DNA of 64,000 nt from Tabrizicola sp. (GTDB taxonomy: Bacteria > Pseudomonadota > Alphaproteobacteria > Rhodobacterales > Rhodobacteraceae). The position numbers and the translations under genes are program-made. Under the pieces are notes generated by a model. That model was not told the DNA's origin. It saw only the letters and a list, made by a program, of their open reading frames with translations, and did no database searches. Positions 30,619 through 40,998 of this stretch are shown piece after piece. The stretch's first letter is position 1; each line of letters starts with the position of its first letter. The stretch lies in NCBI RefSeq assembly GCF_041919135.1, contig NZ_JAYRUJ010000011.1, forward strand, positions 8,786 through 72,785, written 5' to 3'.

Positions 30619-31047
30619 ATGACCCAGGCATTTGATCCCCGGCAGACGCAGCGCAGCACCGCATGGCTGGCCTCGGCCGGGCTGCGCCCGACGCGGCAAC
30701 GCATCGCCCTGGCCGAGCTTCTGGTCGGCGATGGCGAGAACCGGCATGTCACCGCCGAAAGCCTGCACGCCGCCTCGCGCGCTGCGGGCGAGGGGGTCAG
30801 CCTTGCCACCGTCTACAACACGCTGCGCGCCTTCTGCGAGGCCGGCCTGATGAACGAGGTCGTGGTCGATGGCTCGAAAAGCTATTTCGACACCCGCACC
30901 GACGATCATCCGCATTACTACTGGGAAGACAGCCACAGCCTGACCGACGCCCCGGCCGAGGAACTCAGCATCGCCTCCTTGCCGAAGGTGCCCGAGGGGA
31001 TGGCCGTCTCCCGCGTCGATGTGGTGATCCGCCTGCGCAAGGCCTGA
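30619..31047 (+). CDS. irr: Fur-family iron response regulator
   Basis: GLRPTRQR, RHVTAESL, SLATVYNTL, SYFDT...HPH; divergent from fabA. Confidence 0.9.
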   Translation: MTQAFDPRQTQRSTAWLASAGLRPTRQRIALAELLVGDGENRHVTAESLHAASRAAGEGVSLATVYNTLRAFCEAGLMNEVVVDGSKSYFDTRTDDHPHYYWEDSHSLTDAPAEELSIASLPKVPEGMAVSRVDVVIRLRKA

Positions 31048-31150
31048 GACGCGCCGGGCGGGACCGGGGGTAGCCCCCGCCCGCACCGCTTGCCCGCAGC
31101 GAAAGGCGGCCGATGCCGCGTCGCGCCTCGGGCCGCCCCCCGACAAGGGG

Positions 31151-32020
31151 TCAGAACCATTGCCCCGGCTCCATCAGGCCAAGGTCCATCAACTGCTGGC
31201 TCTCCCAGCGGAACGGGGCCGAGTTGTGCCAACGGAAGCCGGGGATCGCATGGCGCGAGCCGGGATTGCTGCGCAGCGCCTTGGCGGTGCGGAAGGAACA
31301 GACGGCCGCCGTCAGGTTGTGATGCCAGGCGCAGGCATAGGTGTTCATCTCCTCTTCCGACAGGGTGAAGTCGGGCAGAAGCCGCAGGCCCGGCCTGGCG
31401 CGGAACAGCGAGATCCGGTCGATCCGCCGCCGGGCCGGGGGGACATGCTCCTCGAAGCGCCAGCGCAGGCCGCCGTAGAAATCCAGCTGGCGCTCTTTCG
31501 GGTGATTGTGCCGCGCCGGGTCCTTGCGGGCCAGCGCGTAATAGCCCGAGCGGTCGAGCCAGCAGTCCTGCAGGTCGACCGCATTGCCATGGGCGCCAAG
31601 GTCGCCGGCGTAAAGGTCGATGACATAGGTCAGCATCGCCTCGCGCCGTTCCTCGGCGTGGAAGGTCAGCATCTCGCCGACGCGCCGCGTCTCGCAGAAG
31701 GGGAAGAACAGGTATTCGGTGTTGTGGCAGTAGTGCAGCCAGGCCCCAGCGACCCGGTCGATCATCTGGTTGACGGCGCCGACCAGCGCATCCTCGGCAA
31801 AGACGTCATGGGTGACGACATGGACCCGGTCGGAAAGCTCCGGCCCCGGCGTGATCCCTTCGGGCGCCAACAGCACCACGTCGCGGAAGCCGCATTTCAG
31901 CTGGTGCGCGAGGGTCGAAGCGACCTCGACCGCATCCTCGGCCATGACCAGCGACAGGGGCCCCCTGGCAAGATCCGGGGCCTTGGCGGCCAGAAGCGAG
32001 GCAAGCGAGGGATAGCGCAT
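31151..32020 (-). CDS. Conserved hypothetical protein, possibly glycosyltransferase-like
   Basis: 289-aa ORF with coding-like usage; HYCHNTEYLFFPFCETR; no family motif identified with certainty. Confidence 0.75.
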   Translation of the reverse strand: MRYPSLASLLAAKAPDLARGPLSLVMAEDAVEVASTLAHQLKCGFRDVVLLAPEGITPGPELSDRVHVVTHDVFAEDALVGAVNQMIDRVAGAWLHYCHNTEYLFFPFCETRRVGEMLTFHAEERREAMLTYVIDLYAGDLGAHGNAVDLQDCWLDRSGYYALARKDPARHNHPKERQLDFYGGLRWRFEEHVPPARRRIDRISLFRARPGLRLLPDFTLSEEEMNTYACAWHHNLTAAVCSFRTAKALRSNPGSRHAIPGFRWHNSAPFRWESQQLMDLGLMEPGQWF

Positions 32021-32146
32021 GGCGCCAGATTCCGCGATCCGGGGCGGCGGCGCAAGGTGTCGTCTCGCCGGCCGCCGGTGTCGGCTTTGTCGGGTCGGCA
32101 GCGGCCGTTTGCTGCCAGCCTGGCCGTGCGGAGATTGGAGGGCAGG

Positions 32147-32566
32147 ATGAGCGAACACGAGACGGGGGGCTGCCTTTGCGGCAAGGTGCGGTTCACCACC
32201 CATGGCCCGCTGCGCGAGGTGGTGTTCTGCCATTGCTCGCAATGCCGCCGCCAGTCGGGGCTGTATTTCGCCGCCACCAGCATCCCCGCCGACCGGCTGA
32301 CGCTGGAGGGCGAGGCCGAGATCACCTGGTTCGCCGCCTCGGACTTCGCCCGGCGCGGCTTTTGCGGCACCTGCGGGACGCTTCTGTTCTGGAAGCCGAA
32401 CCATGAGGCGCGCTATGCGATCCTGGCGGGGGCCTTCGACCGGCCGGACTGCCTGCACCCCGGCCACCACATCTGCACCGCTGGCCGGCCCGGGTTCTAT
32501 GCGATCGGCGACGGCCTGCCGCAATATCCCGGCGACGGTCCCGGCGTCGTGACCGCCGCGACCTGA
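32147..32566 (+). CDS. GFA family protein
   Basis: GGCLCGKVRF, CHCSQCRR, RGFCGTCGT. Confidence 0.9.
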   Translation: MSEHETGGCLCGKVRFTTHGPLREVVFCHCSQCRRQSGLYFAATSIPADRLTLEGEAEITWFAASDFARRGFCGTCGTLLFWKPNHEARYAILAGAFDRPDCLHPGHHICTAGRPGFYAIGDGLPQYPGDGPGVVTAAT

Positions 32567-32630
32567 ACCCGGCGTTGCCGCGCCCGGCGTCAGGGTGTAA
32601 ACGGCCGGTCATCCCGAAAGGACATGGCCC

Positions 32631-33938
32631 ATGACCGACGCCAAGAAGCTGTTCGTCAAGACCTACGGCTGCCAGATGAACGTCTACGACTCCGAACGCA
32701 TGGCCGAGGCCCTGGGCGCGAAGGGCTATGTGACGACCGAGGCGGTCGAGGAGGCGGACATGGTCCTTCTCAACACCTGCCACATCCGCGAGAAGGCGTC
32801 CGAGAAGCTGTATTCCGACCTTGGCCGCTTGCGCGCGCTGAAGGCCGCGCGTCCGGGGATGAAGGTCGGCGTCGCGGGCTGCGTCGCGCAGGCCGAGGGC
32901 GAGGAGATCCTGCGCCGCTCGCCCGTCGTCGACCTCGTGGTCGGCCCGCAGGCCTATCACCGCCTGCCCGCCATGGTCGAGGCCGGGGGGCGGCAGGTCG
33001 ACACCGACTTTCCGGTCGAGGACAAGTTCACCCTGCTGCCCGCGCGCAAGGCCCTGCGCGGCCCGACCGCCTTCCTGACCGTGCAGGAAGGCTGCGACAA
33101 GTTCTGCGCCTTCTGCGTGGTGCCCTATACCCGCGGCGCCGAGGTCAGCCGCCCCGCGGCACGGCTGCTGGACGAGGCGCGGGCGCTGGTCGCGCAGGGC
33201 GTGCGAGAGATCACGCTGCTGGGCCAGAACGTCAACGCCTATCACGGCGAAGGGCAGGGGGGCAGCTGGGGCCTCGCCCGGCTGGTGCGCGAGCTGGCGA
33301 AGATCGAGGGGCTGGCGCGCATCCGCTATACCACCAGCCACCCCAACGACATGGACGACGAGCTGATCGCCGCCCATGGCGAGTTGCCGCAGCTGATGCC
33401 CTATCTGCACCTGCCGGTGCAGTCCGGCAGCGACCGCATCCTCAAGGCGATGAACCGCAAGCACAGCGCCGAGAGCTACCTGCGCCTGATCGAGCGCATC
33501 CGGGCGGCGCGGCCCGACATCCTGCTGTCCTCGGATTTCATCGTGGGCTTCCCCGGCGAGACCGATGCCGACTTCCAGGCCACGATGGAGCTGATCCGCG
33601 CCGTCGGCTACGGCGCCGCCTTCAGCTTCCGCTATTCCGCCCGCCCCGGCACCCCGGCCGCCGAAAAGCCCCCGGTCCCGGCCGGGATCGCCGATGCCCG
33701 CCTGCACGAGCTTCAGGCCCTGGTCACCGCCCAGCAACGCGCCGCGCAAGAGGCGATGGTCGGGCGCGAGGTCTCGGTCCTTTACGAGAAGCCGGGTCGC
33801 AAGGAGGGGCAGATGGTGGGCAAGTCCGACCACCTCCACGCCGTCCACGTCCAGGATCCGGCGGGCCGAATCGGCCAGCTGGTCCGTGTCCGCATCACCG
33901 CCTCCTCCACGAACTCGCTGGCCGCCGAGCCGCTCTGA
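32631..33938 (+). CDS. miaB: tRNA-2-methylthio-N6-dimethylallyladenosine synthase
   Basis: [27 protein letters not shown] radical-SAM motif, C-terminal TRAM domain. Confidence 0.98.
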   Translation: MTDAKKLFVKTYGCQMNVYDSERMAEALGAKGYVTTEAVEEADMVLLNTCHIREKASEKLYSDLGRLRALKAARPGMKVGVAGCVAQAEGEEILRRSPVVDLVVGPQAYHRLPAMVEAGGRQVDTDFPVEDKFTLLPARKALRGPTAFLTVQEGCDKFCAFCVVPYTRGAEVSRPAARLLDEARALVAQGVREITLLGQNVNAYHGEGQGGSWGLARLVRELAKIEGLARIRYTTSHPNDMDDELIAAHGELPQLMPYLHLPVQSGSDRILKAMNRKHSAESYLRLIERIRAARPDILLSSDFIVGFPGETDADFQATMELIRAVGYGAAFSFRYSARPGTPAAEKPPVPAGIADARLHELQALVTAQQRAAQEAMVGREVSVLYEKPGRKEGQMVGKSDHLHAVHVQDPAGRIGQLVRVRITASSTNSLAAEPL

Positions 33939-34088
33939 CCGCCGCGGCGGCCGCCCAATCCCGCCCGGCCATCGAGTTATCCCCCGGAAACGCAGGCCGG
34001 CGGCGACGAGACGGCTTCTCTTTTGCCGCCTCGCCCTGCTTAACTCGGGCGGGTCTTGGAAAGTGGGGCGGGTTGAAGGGAGTTCGGT

Positions 34089-34652
34089 GTGAGTAACGGA
34101 AGCAGGTCGCGGCGCGCCTTCGCGTTGGCCCTGGCAGGCATATGCCTTGCTGTCGCTCCGATGGCCATGGCGCAGGAGGCGCCGGTCACGGGCAAGATCG
34201 AATGGGGAGTCTGGATCGACGCGGACGGCTGCCAGCACTGGTGGGCCGACGGCGGGACCGAAGGCTATATGGTGCCGCGCCGCGACCCGCGGACCGGCAA
34301 GCCGGTCTGCCTGCAAGAGACAAGCTGCCTCACCGCCCGGGCGGATGCCCATTTCGCCACCGCCAGCGCCACGCTGACCGACGAGGGGCGGCGCAAGCTG
34401 GAAGCCTTCTTCACCAGTTCGGACGCCTTTTCCTACATCATCACCGGCCATACCGACAGCCGCGGCAGCACGGACGACAACCAGGCCCTCTCCGAGGCCC
34501 GCGCCGCCAGCGTGGCCGAGGTCGCCCGTTCCGTCGGCGCCGTGGTCGAGAATGTCACCGGCCAGGGCGAGACCCGGCCCGTCGCCACGAACGCCACGGA
34601 TGAAGGCATGGCCGCCAATCGCCGTGTCGAAGTCGTCTGCAAGAAGGGCTGA
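34089..34652 (+). CDS. Exported OmpA-family (peptidoglycan-binding) protein
   Basis: Signal peptide; GHTDSRGS..NQALSEARA, GQGETRP, NRRVEV. Confidence 0.92.
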   Translation: MSNGSRSRRAFALALAGICLAVAPMAMAQEAPVTGKIEWGVWIDADGCQHWWADGGTEGYMVPRRDPRTGKPVCLQETSCLTARADAHFATASATLTDEGRRKLEAFFTSSDAFSYIITGHTDSRGSTDDNQALSEARAASVAEVARSVGAVVENVTGQGETRPVATNATDEGMAANRRVEVVCKKG

Positions 34653-34656
34653 CCAG

Positions 34657-35049
34657 ATGATGCTTGCAGGAAGACACCATCCGCGTGCCGCGCTTGCGCT
34701 GGCCATCACCGCCGCCCTGTCGGGCTGCGGCGGCTATACCGAGGGCTTCGGCTTCGAGGGGACCGAAGGCTATGGCGGTCCCGACTCGGTCATCGCCACC
34801 GGCCAGGACCAGGGCGTCGACAATGTCTCGCTGAGGGACGGCGTCGCCGCCATCGCCTATGACCCGGATGGCTGCCAGGTCTGGATCATCGACGACGGGA
34901 TCGAGGGCTATGCCTCGCCGCGCTTCGACCCGAAGACCGGCCTGCCGGTCTGCGACGGCAAATATCCCCCCGGCACGGTCCTTGGCGTCTACGAGACCGC
35001 CTCGGCGCCCTTCCCCGACCGCGTCTCCGGTCCGGCGCAGACCGACTGA
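34657..35049 (+). CDS. Hypothetical lipoprotein
   Basis: Lipobox LSGC; carries the DPDGCQ..PVC module shared with the upstream OmpA protein. Confidence 0.82.
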   Translation: MMLAGRHHPRAALALAITAALSGCGGYTEGFGFEGTEGYGGPDSVIATGQDQGVDNVSLRDGVAAIAYDPDGCQVWIIDDGIEGYASPRFDPKTGLPVCDGKYPPGTVLGVYETASAPFPDRVSGPAQTD

Positions 35050-35229
35050 TCCGGCGCGACGGTAAAGGGGGCTCCGGCGCGGCCGGGGCCCCCTCGTCTT
35101 TTTGCGGCCGGCGTCACAAAAATTGCACCCTGAAGCGCAACAAATTGTGGGGGCAGCGGGTTTCCCTTGCCAGAGTTCGTGTCCGGGCGCAGACTTCATC
35201 CTGTGGCCCTTGAGAGAAGGAGCGCCCGC

Positions 35230-36231
35230 TTGGGCATCAGCGCGCTGACCCCCCCGACCGCCGAGGATATCGTCGAGACCGTCCTCGAATTTCCCGACAA
35301 CCGCTTGCTGATCGACCTTTGCGGCGAATTCGACCGCAATCTCGCCCAGATCGAGCACCAGATGGGGGTGCATATCCTGCGGCGCGGCAACCGCCTGGCA
35401 GTCATCGGCGAGAAACCGGCGCGCGAGCAGGCGGCCGCGGTGCTGCGTTCGCTTTACGCCCGGCTTGAATCGGGCCGCGGCGTGGCCGCGGGCGACATCG
35501 ACGGCGCGCTGCGCATGGGCCGCCCGGTCGATGCCGACAGCGCCGAGCAGATCGAGCTGTTCTCGACCGGGATGGAGTTGCGCACCCGCAAGAAGCCGAT
35601 CGAGCCCCGGACCGAGGCCCAGAAGGCCTATGTCGCCAACCTGTTCCAGCATGAACTCGGCTTCGGCATCGGTCCGGCCGGGACCGGCAAGACCTATCTC
35701 GCCGTCGCGGTGGGCGTGACCATGTTCATCTCCGGCGCGGTCGAGAAGATCGTCCTGTCGCGCCCGGCGGTCGAGGCCGGGGAGCGTCTGGGCTTCCTGC
35801 CCGGCGACATGAAGGAGAAGGTCGATCCCTATATGCAGCCGCTCTACGACGCGCTGAACGACTTCCTGCCGTCGAAGCAGGTGGAAAAGCTGATGCAGGA
35901 AAAGCGGATCGAGATCGCGCCCCTGGCCTTCATGCGCGGCCGGACGCTGTCGAACGCCTTCATCGTGCTGGACGAGGCGCAGAACGCCACCACCATGCAG
36001 ATGAAGATGTTCCTGACCCGCCTGGGCGAGGGCAGCCGCATGGTGATCACCGGCGACCGCACCCAGGTCGACCTGCCGCGCGGCACGGCCTCGGGCCTGG
36101 CCGATGCGGAGCGGATCCTGAAGGGGGTGAAGGGCGTCAGCTTCAACTATTTCACCTCGCGCGACGTGGTGCGCCACCCGCTGGTCGGCCGGATCATCGA
36201 GGCCTACGAGGCAGACGAAGCCGCCGGGTGA
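35230..36231 (+). CDS. phoH: PhoH family ATPase
   Basis: GPAGTGKT, LSRPAVEAGE.LGFLPG, FMRGRTL, DEAQN; TTG start after GAAGGA. Confidence 0.95.
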   Translation: MGISALTPPTAEDIVETVLEFPDNRLLIDLCGEFDRNLAQIEHQMGVHILRRGNRLAVIGEKPAREQAAAVLRSLYARLESGRGVAAGDIDGALRMGRPVDADSAEQIELFSTGMELRTRKKPIEPRTEAQKAYVANLFQHELGFGIGPAGTGKTYLAVAVGVTMFISGAVEKIVLSRPAVEAGERLGFLPGDMKEKVDPYMQPLYDALNDFLPSKQVEKLMQEKRIEIAPLAFMRGRTLSNAFIVLDEAQNATTMQMKMFLTRLGEGSRMVITGDRTQVDLPRGTASGLADAERILKGVKGVSFNYFTSRDVVRHPLVGRIIEAYEADEAAG

Positions 36232-36274
36232 CGGACGGCCGCTGAATCGAGCGCGTTCCGCGCAAGCCTCCTGT

Positions 36275-36400
36275 CTCGTCGTCGGGCTTCGCCTCCTCCT
36301 CGGGCGTTGGGGGTTTCACCCCCAAACCCCCAGGATATTTGCACCAGTATGAAAGCACTCAGGTCTTTCATACTGGAAGAAATATCCCCGCCGGAGGCTC
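36275..36400. repeat. Composite palindromic intergenic repeat
   Basis: Perfect IR CCAGTATGAAAG/CTTTCATACTGG flanked by GGATATTT/AAATATCC; GGGGGtttcaCCCCC hairpin; 5' part resembles the 16071/25321 element. Confidence 0.7.
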
Positions 36401-36502
36401 CGGCCGCGCGGGCGGGGACTGCCATTTCCTGCCGGGCCGAAGCCTCGGGCCGGGCACCGCAGAGACAGGCGGGCGCCGTTCTGATCTTGCCGCTGCCGAA
36501 GG

Positions 36503-37279
36503 TCAGGCCAGTTCGGTGACGCCTTCGGGCAGTTTCGCGCCGGTCATGAAGGCCACCGCGTCCGACATGCTGTAATCCTGCGGCCTGATCACGCAGAGCC
36601 TGCGCCCCAGCCGGTGGATGTGGATGCGGTCGGCGATCTCGAACACATGCGGCATGTTGTGGCTGATCAGGATGATCGGAATCCCCCGGTTCTTGACGTC
36701 GCGGATCAGCTCCAGCACCCGGCGGCTTTCCTTGACGCCAAGCGCCGCCGTCGGTTCGTCCAGGATCACCACCTTGGAGCCGAAGGCCGCCGCGCGCGCC
36801 ACCGCCACCCCCTGGCGCTGGCCGCCCGACAGGGTTTCCACCGCCTGGTTGATGTTCTGGATCGTCATCAGCCCCAGTTCGCTCAGCTTCTCGCGCGCGA
36901 ATTTCTCCATCCGGGGACGGTCGAGCTTGCGGAACAGGCTGCCCATGATCCCCGGCGCGCGCAGTTCGCGGCCCATGAACATGTTGTCGGCGATCGACAG
37001 GGCAGGGGACATGGCAAGGGTCTGGTAGACCGTCTCGATCCCGGCGGCGCGGGCCTCGATCGGGGTCCTGAAGGCGACTTCCTGGCCGTCCAGCCAGATC
37101 TGGCCCTCGTCCGGCACCACCGCGCCCGAGATCGCCTTGATCAGCGTCGATTTCCCCGCGCCGTTGTCGCCGATGACGGCCAGGATCTCGCCCGGCATCA
37201 GCTCGAAGTCGCAGTCGTTCAGCGCGGTGACCTTGCCGTAGCGTTTGGTCAGCCCGCGCGCCTTGAGGATGGGTTCCAT
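36503..37279 (-). CDS. frcA: Sugar ABC transporter ATP-binding protein (fructose type)
   Basis: GDNGAGKS, LSGGQRQ, ILDEPT. Confidence 0.88.
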   Translation of the reverse strand: MEPILKARGLTKRYGKVTALNDCDFELMPGEILAVIGDNGAGKSTLIKAISGAVVPDEGQIWLDGQEVAFRTPIEARAAGIETVYQTLAMSPALSIADNMFMGRELRAPGIMGSLFRKLDRPRMEKFAREKLSELGLMTIQNINQAVETLSGGQRQGVAVARAAAFGSKVVILDEPTAALGVKESRRVLELIRDVKNRGIPIILISHNMPHVFEIADRIHIHRLGRRLCVIRPQDYSMSDAVAFMTGAKLPEGVTELA

Positions 37280-38355
37280 CAGCCAGCCACCTTTCTGATC
37301 CACTGGTCCACGGCCACGGCGAAGATGATCAGCACGCCGATGAGGAAGAAGGTCCATTGCGGGTCGGTGCCGACCAGGCGCAGGCCCATCTCGAAGACGC
37401 CGACGATCAGCGCGCCGAAGAACATCCCGACGATGCTGCCGCGCCCGCCGAACAGCGAGATCCCCCCGATCACCACGGCGGTGATCGACTGGATGTTGCC
37501 AAGCTGCCCGGTCGAGGCGGTGGGCGAGACCGAGCCGAAGCGGCCGATCATCACCCAGCCCGCGATGGCGCAGAACAGCCCCGCCAGGGCGTAGACCTGG
37601 ACCAGCACCCGTCTGGTCGGCACCCCCGCCAGTTCGGCCGCCGCCGGATCGTCGCCGGTGGCATAGACGTGCCGGCCCCAGGCGGTGTGGCGCAGCACAT
37701 AGGCCATGACCGCCACCAGCGCGATCATCAGGAAGACGGCGTAAAGCACCTTCACCCCGCCGGGGTTGATCGAGCCGCCCCAGAGTTGCAGCGCGGCGGC
37801 CTGTTCCTGGATGTCGGAGGAGCGGATGGTCTCGTTCGCGGAATAGATGAAATTCGCCGCCAGCAGGATCTGCCAGGTCCCCAGCGTCACGATGAAGGGC
37901 GGCAGCCGCAGCCGGGCGATCAGGATACCGTTCAGGGCCCCCATCGCGGTGCCGAGGATCAGGCCGATGACAATGGAGAACTCGGCCGGCACCCCGTAGC
38001 GGAAGGTGATCTGCCCCATCAGCACCGAGGAAAACACCGCGATCGCCCCGACCGACAGGTCGATTCCCGCCGTCAGAACCACGATGGTCTGGGCGCAGCC
38101 CAGGATGCCGACGATGGCGATCTGTTGCAGGATCGTCGACAATGTTCCCGCCTTGAAGAAATTGTCGGCCAGGACGCCAAAGACCAGCAGCGCCACCACC
38201 AGCACGATCATCGGCACCGCCGAGGGTGTCTGGTGCAGCCAGTGCTGCAATTTCTTCAACGCGCTTTCGGGCTCGTGGAACTCGGCCACGGCCTCGGCAG
38301 CGCCCTTCAGGCCTGCCTCATAGCTGCCCGAGACCGACCTTGCGTCGTTGGACAT
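37279..38355 (-). CDS. frcC: Sugar ABC transporter permease
   Basis: GIDLSVG, PPFIVTLG, AVVIGG.SLFGGRG. Confidence 0.88.
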   Translation of the reverse strand: MSNDARSVSGSYEAGLKGAAEAVAEFHEPESALKKLQHWLHQTPSAVPMIVLVVALLVFGVLADNFFKAGTLSTILQQIAIVGILGCAQTIVVLTAGIDLSVGAIAVFSSVLMGQITFRYGVPAEFSIVIGLILGTAMGALNGILIARLRLPPFIVTLGTWQILLAANFIYSANETIRSSDIQEQAAALQLWGGSINPGGVKVLYAVFLMIALVAVMAYVLRHTAWGRHVYATGDDPAAAELAGVPTRRVLVQVYALAGLFCAIAGWVMIGRFGSVSPTASTGQLGNIQSITAVVIGGISLFGGRGSIVGMFFGALIVGVFEMGLRLVGTDPQWTFFLIGVLIIFAVAVDQWIRKVAG

Positions 38356-38465
38356 GCGATCCCCTCCCAAGGGCCCGGGGCCCGGTTCGGATCAGGGGCG
38401 GCGCGAGGGCCGCCCCTGACTGCAGTCTGGCCATGCCGGCCGCACCGATCAATCGCGAAACGGGC

Positions 38466-39485
38466 TCAGCCCCAGCAAAGCTCGGTGCCCTTGGCGGTGT
38501 CGATCGAGTCGACCCCCTCGACCGGCTTGTCCGTCACCAGCGCCACGCCGGTGTCGAAGAAGTCCTTGCCTTCGGTCGGCGCGGGCTTGGTGCCGTCGGC
38601 GGCATATTTGGCGATCGCCTCCACGCCCAGCGACGCCATCATCAGCGGGTATTGCTGCGAGGTGGCGCCGATCACGCCGTCCTTCACATCGGCCACGCCG
38701 GGGCAGCCGCCGTCGACCGAGACGATCAGCACGCCTTCCTTGCCGGCGGCCTTCAGCGCCTCATAGGCGCCGGCGGCCGAGGGTTCGTTGATCGTGTAGA
38801 CCACGTTGATCCCGGCGTCCTTGGCCAGAAGCGCCTCCATCGCCTTCAGCCCGCCTTCCTCGTTGCCGGCGGTGACCTCGTTGCCGACGATGCGCGGATC
38901 CTCCTCGTCGCCCCATTTGGCGATGTCCTTGGTGTCGATGCCGAAGCCGGTCAGGAAGCCCTGGTCGCGCAGCACGTCGACCGAGGGCTGGCTGATGCCG
39001 AGGTCGAGCATCGCGATCTTCGCATCGGCCGCCGCATCGCCCAGCGTCGCCTTGGCCCACTGGCCGATCAGCAGGCCCGCCTGGAAGTTGTCGGTGGCAA
39101 AGGTCGCGTCCGCCGCGTCGATCGGGTCAAGCGGGGTGTCCAGCGCGATGACCAGCACGCCCGCGTCGCGCGCGGCCTTGACCGAATCGACGATCGCCTT
39201 GGTGTCCGAGGCGGTGATCAGGATGCCCTTGGCGCCGTCGGCCACGCAGGCCTCGATGGCGGCGACCTGGCTTTCATGGTCGCCGTCGATCTTGCCGGCA
39301 TAGGATTTCAGCGTCACGCCCAGTTCGGCCGCCTTGGCCTCGGCGCCTTCCTTCATCTTCACGAAGAACGGGTTGGTGTCGGTCTTGGTGATCAGGCAGG
39401 CCGAAACGCCGTCCTGCGCCGAGGCGATGCCCGCCGACAGCGCCAGCGCGCCCGCGCCCATCAGGGCTTTGGTGATCAGTTTCAT
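38466..39485 (-). CDS. frcB: Sugar ABC transporter periplasmic binding protein
   Basis: Signal peptide; [23 protein letters not shown]-terminal GTELCWG. Confidence 0.88.
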   Translation of the reverse strand: MKLITKALMGAGALALSAGIASAQDGVSACLITKTDTNPFFVKMKEGAEAKAAELGVTLKSYAGKIDGDHESQVAAIEACVADGAKGILITASDTKAIVDSVKAARDAGVLVIALDTPLDPIDAADATFATDNFQAGLLIGQWAKATLGDAAADAKIAMLDLGISQPSVDVLRDQGFLTGFGIDTKDIAKWGDEEDPRIVGNEVTAGNEEGGLKAMEALLAKDAGINVVYTINEPSAAGAYEALKAAGKEGVLIVSVDGGCPGVADVKDGVIGATSQQYPLMMASLGVEAIAKYAADGTKPAPTEGKDFFDTGVALVTDKPVEGVDSIDTAKGTELCWG

Positions 39486-39600
39486 GTGGTTCCTCCCAAG
39501 GATCGGGCCATTTCCGGTCCCGACGAACAGGTCTTCGCTCAGCCGGGGTTCTTGCCCGTGCCGCGGTAAAGGAAACCTGATTCCCGTCGCTGCGTCAAGA

Positions 39601-39624
39601 TAATTAAATCACTCTGATTTATTA
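39601..39624. promoter_or_regulatory. Candidate ROK-repressor operator
   Basis: TAAATCA-ctc-TGATTTA palindrome in the frcB/frcR divergent region. Confidence 0.65.
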
Positions 39625-39662
39625 TTGACAAGGCGGGCCGCTACGACCCACTCTGGCGTGAA

Positions 39663-40910
39663 ATGCACCGCAGGACCCATGCCTTGAAGATCCATGTCGA
39701 ACCCGCGCCAGATCCGCGCCCCGGCCCCGAGGCGATGGGGCTGCGCGGCTCGAACCAGTCGGGGATGCGGGCCTGGAACGAACGGCTGGTGCTCAGCCTT
39801 GTCCGCCAGCACGGGGCGCTGGCGAAATCCGACATCGCGCGGATGACCGGGCTTTCGGCGCAGACCGTCAGCGTCATCATGCGGGCGCTGGAACAGGACG
39901 GGCTTCTGGTCCGGGGCGAACCCATCCGGGGCAAGATCGGCCAGCCCTCGGTGCCGATGTCCCTGAATGCCGAGGGGGCCTTCTTCATCGGCCTGAAGCT
40001 CGGGCGGCGGTCGGCCGACCTTGCGCTGGTCGATTTCCTGGGCCGGGTCCGGGGCGCGCGGCGCAGCATCTATCGCTATCCCACCCCCGACGCCGTGACC
40101 GCCTTCGTGGCCGAGGCCCTGCCGGCGCTCCTCGCCTCGCTGCCGCCGGGCCAGCGCGGAAGGGTAGGGGGCATGGGGGTGGCCATGCCGTTCCAGCTCT
40201 GGTCCTGGGTCGAGCAGATCGGCGCCCCCCAGGCCGAGATGGATGCCTGGCGGCACCGCGATATCCAGGCCGAGCTTGCGGCGCTGACCGGGTTGCCGGT
40301 GCATGTCCAGAACGACGGATCGGCCGCCTGCGGGGCGGAACTCGTCTTCGGCACCGGCGAGCGGCCGAAGGATTTCCTCTACTTCTACTTCGGCTATTTC
40401 ATCGGCGGCGGGCTGGTGCTGAACGGCCAGCTCTTCACCGGGCGGGGGGGCAATGCCGCAGGCGTGGGGCCGATGCCGGTGCCCGGGCCGGACGGGCGGA
40501 TGCGCAGGCTTCTGTCGGTCGCCTCGATCTCGGTCCTTGCCGCGCAGATCGAGGCGGCGGGCCGATCCTCGGCGCCGCTTTGGGAAAGCCCGGAAAGCTG
40601 GCAGGTGGACCAGGGGCTGCTGGACGGCTGGATGACCGGCGCGGCCGAGGGGCTGGCGGCGGCCGCGCTTACCGCTTCCGCCCTGCTGGAGATCGAGGCG
40701 GTGCTGATCGACGGCTGGATGCCGGCCACCGTGCGGGCCGAGGTGACGCGGCGGACCGAGGCCGCGCTCTACCGCCTCGACCTTTCCGGCATCGCGCCGC
40801 CCGCGATCCGCGAGGGCACGGTCGGGGCCCAGGCCCGCGCCCTCGGCGCCGCCGCCGTCCCCCTCTCGCTGCGCTACCTGATCGACCAGAACCCGGTCCG
40901 CGACGCCTGA
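39663..40910 (+). CDS. frcR: ROK family transcriptional regulator (start uncertain, possibly 39735)
   Basis: RGSNQSGMRAWNERLVLSL HTH, VQNDGSAACGAE, YFIGGG. Confidence 0.85.
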   Translation: MHRRTHALKIHVEPAPDPRPGPEAMGLRGSNQSGMRAWNERLVLSLVRQHGALAKSDIARMTGLSAQTVSVIMRALEQDGLLVRGEPIRGKIGQPSVPMSLNAEGAFFIGLKLGRRSADLALVDFLGRVRGARRSIYRYPTPDAVTAFVAEALPALLASLPPGQRGRVGGMGVAMPFQLWSWVEQIGAPQAEMDAWRHRDIQAELAALTGLPVHVQNDGSAACGAELVFGTGERPKDFLYFYFGYFIGGGLVLNGQLFTGRGGNAAGVGPMPVPGPDGRMRRLLSVASISVLAAQIEAAGRSSAPLWESPESWQVDQGLLDGWMTGAAEGLAAAALTASALLEIEAVLIDGWMPATVRAEVTRRTEAALYRLDLSGIAPPAIREGTVGAQARALGAAAVPLSLRYLIDQNPVRDA

Positions 40911-40998
40911 CGCCTGTCGCAGGGTGCGCTACAGCGCACCATCCGGACGCCCGCCGGCCGCGAGCAGCCTTTCCAGATCCCCGACGCTTAGGCAGACC

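Noticed and set aside
35113-35150. NtrC-like site upstream of phoH (TGCACcctgaaGCGCA)
   Set aside because: Spacing is off by one and the second half-site is imperfect
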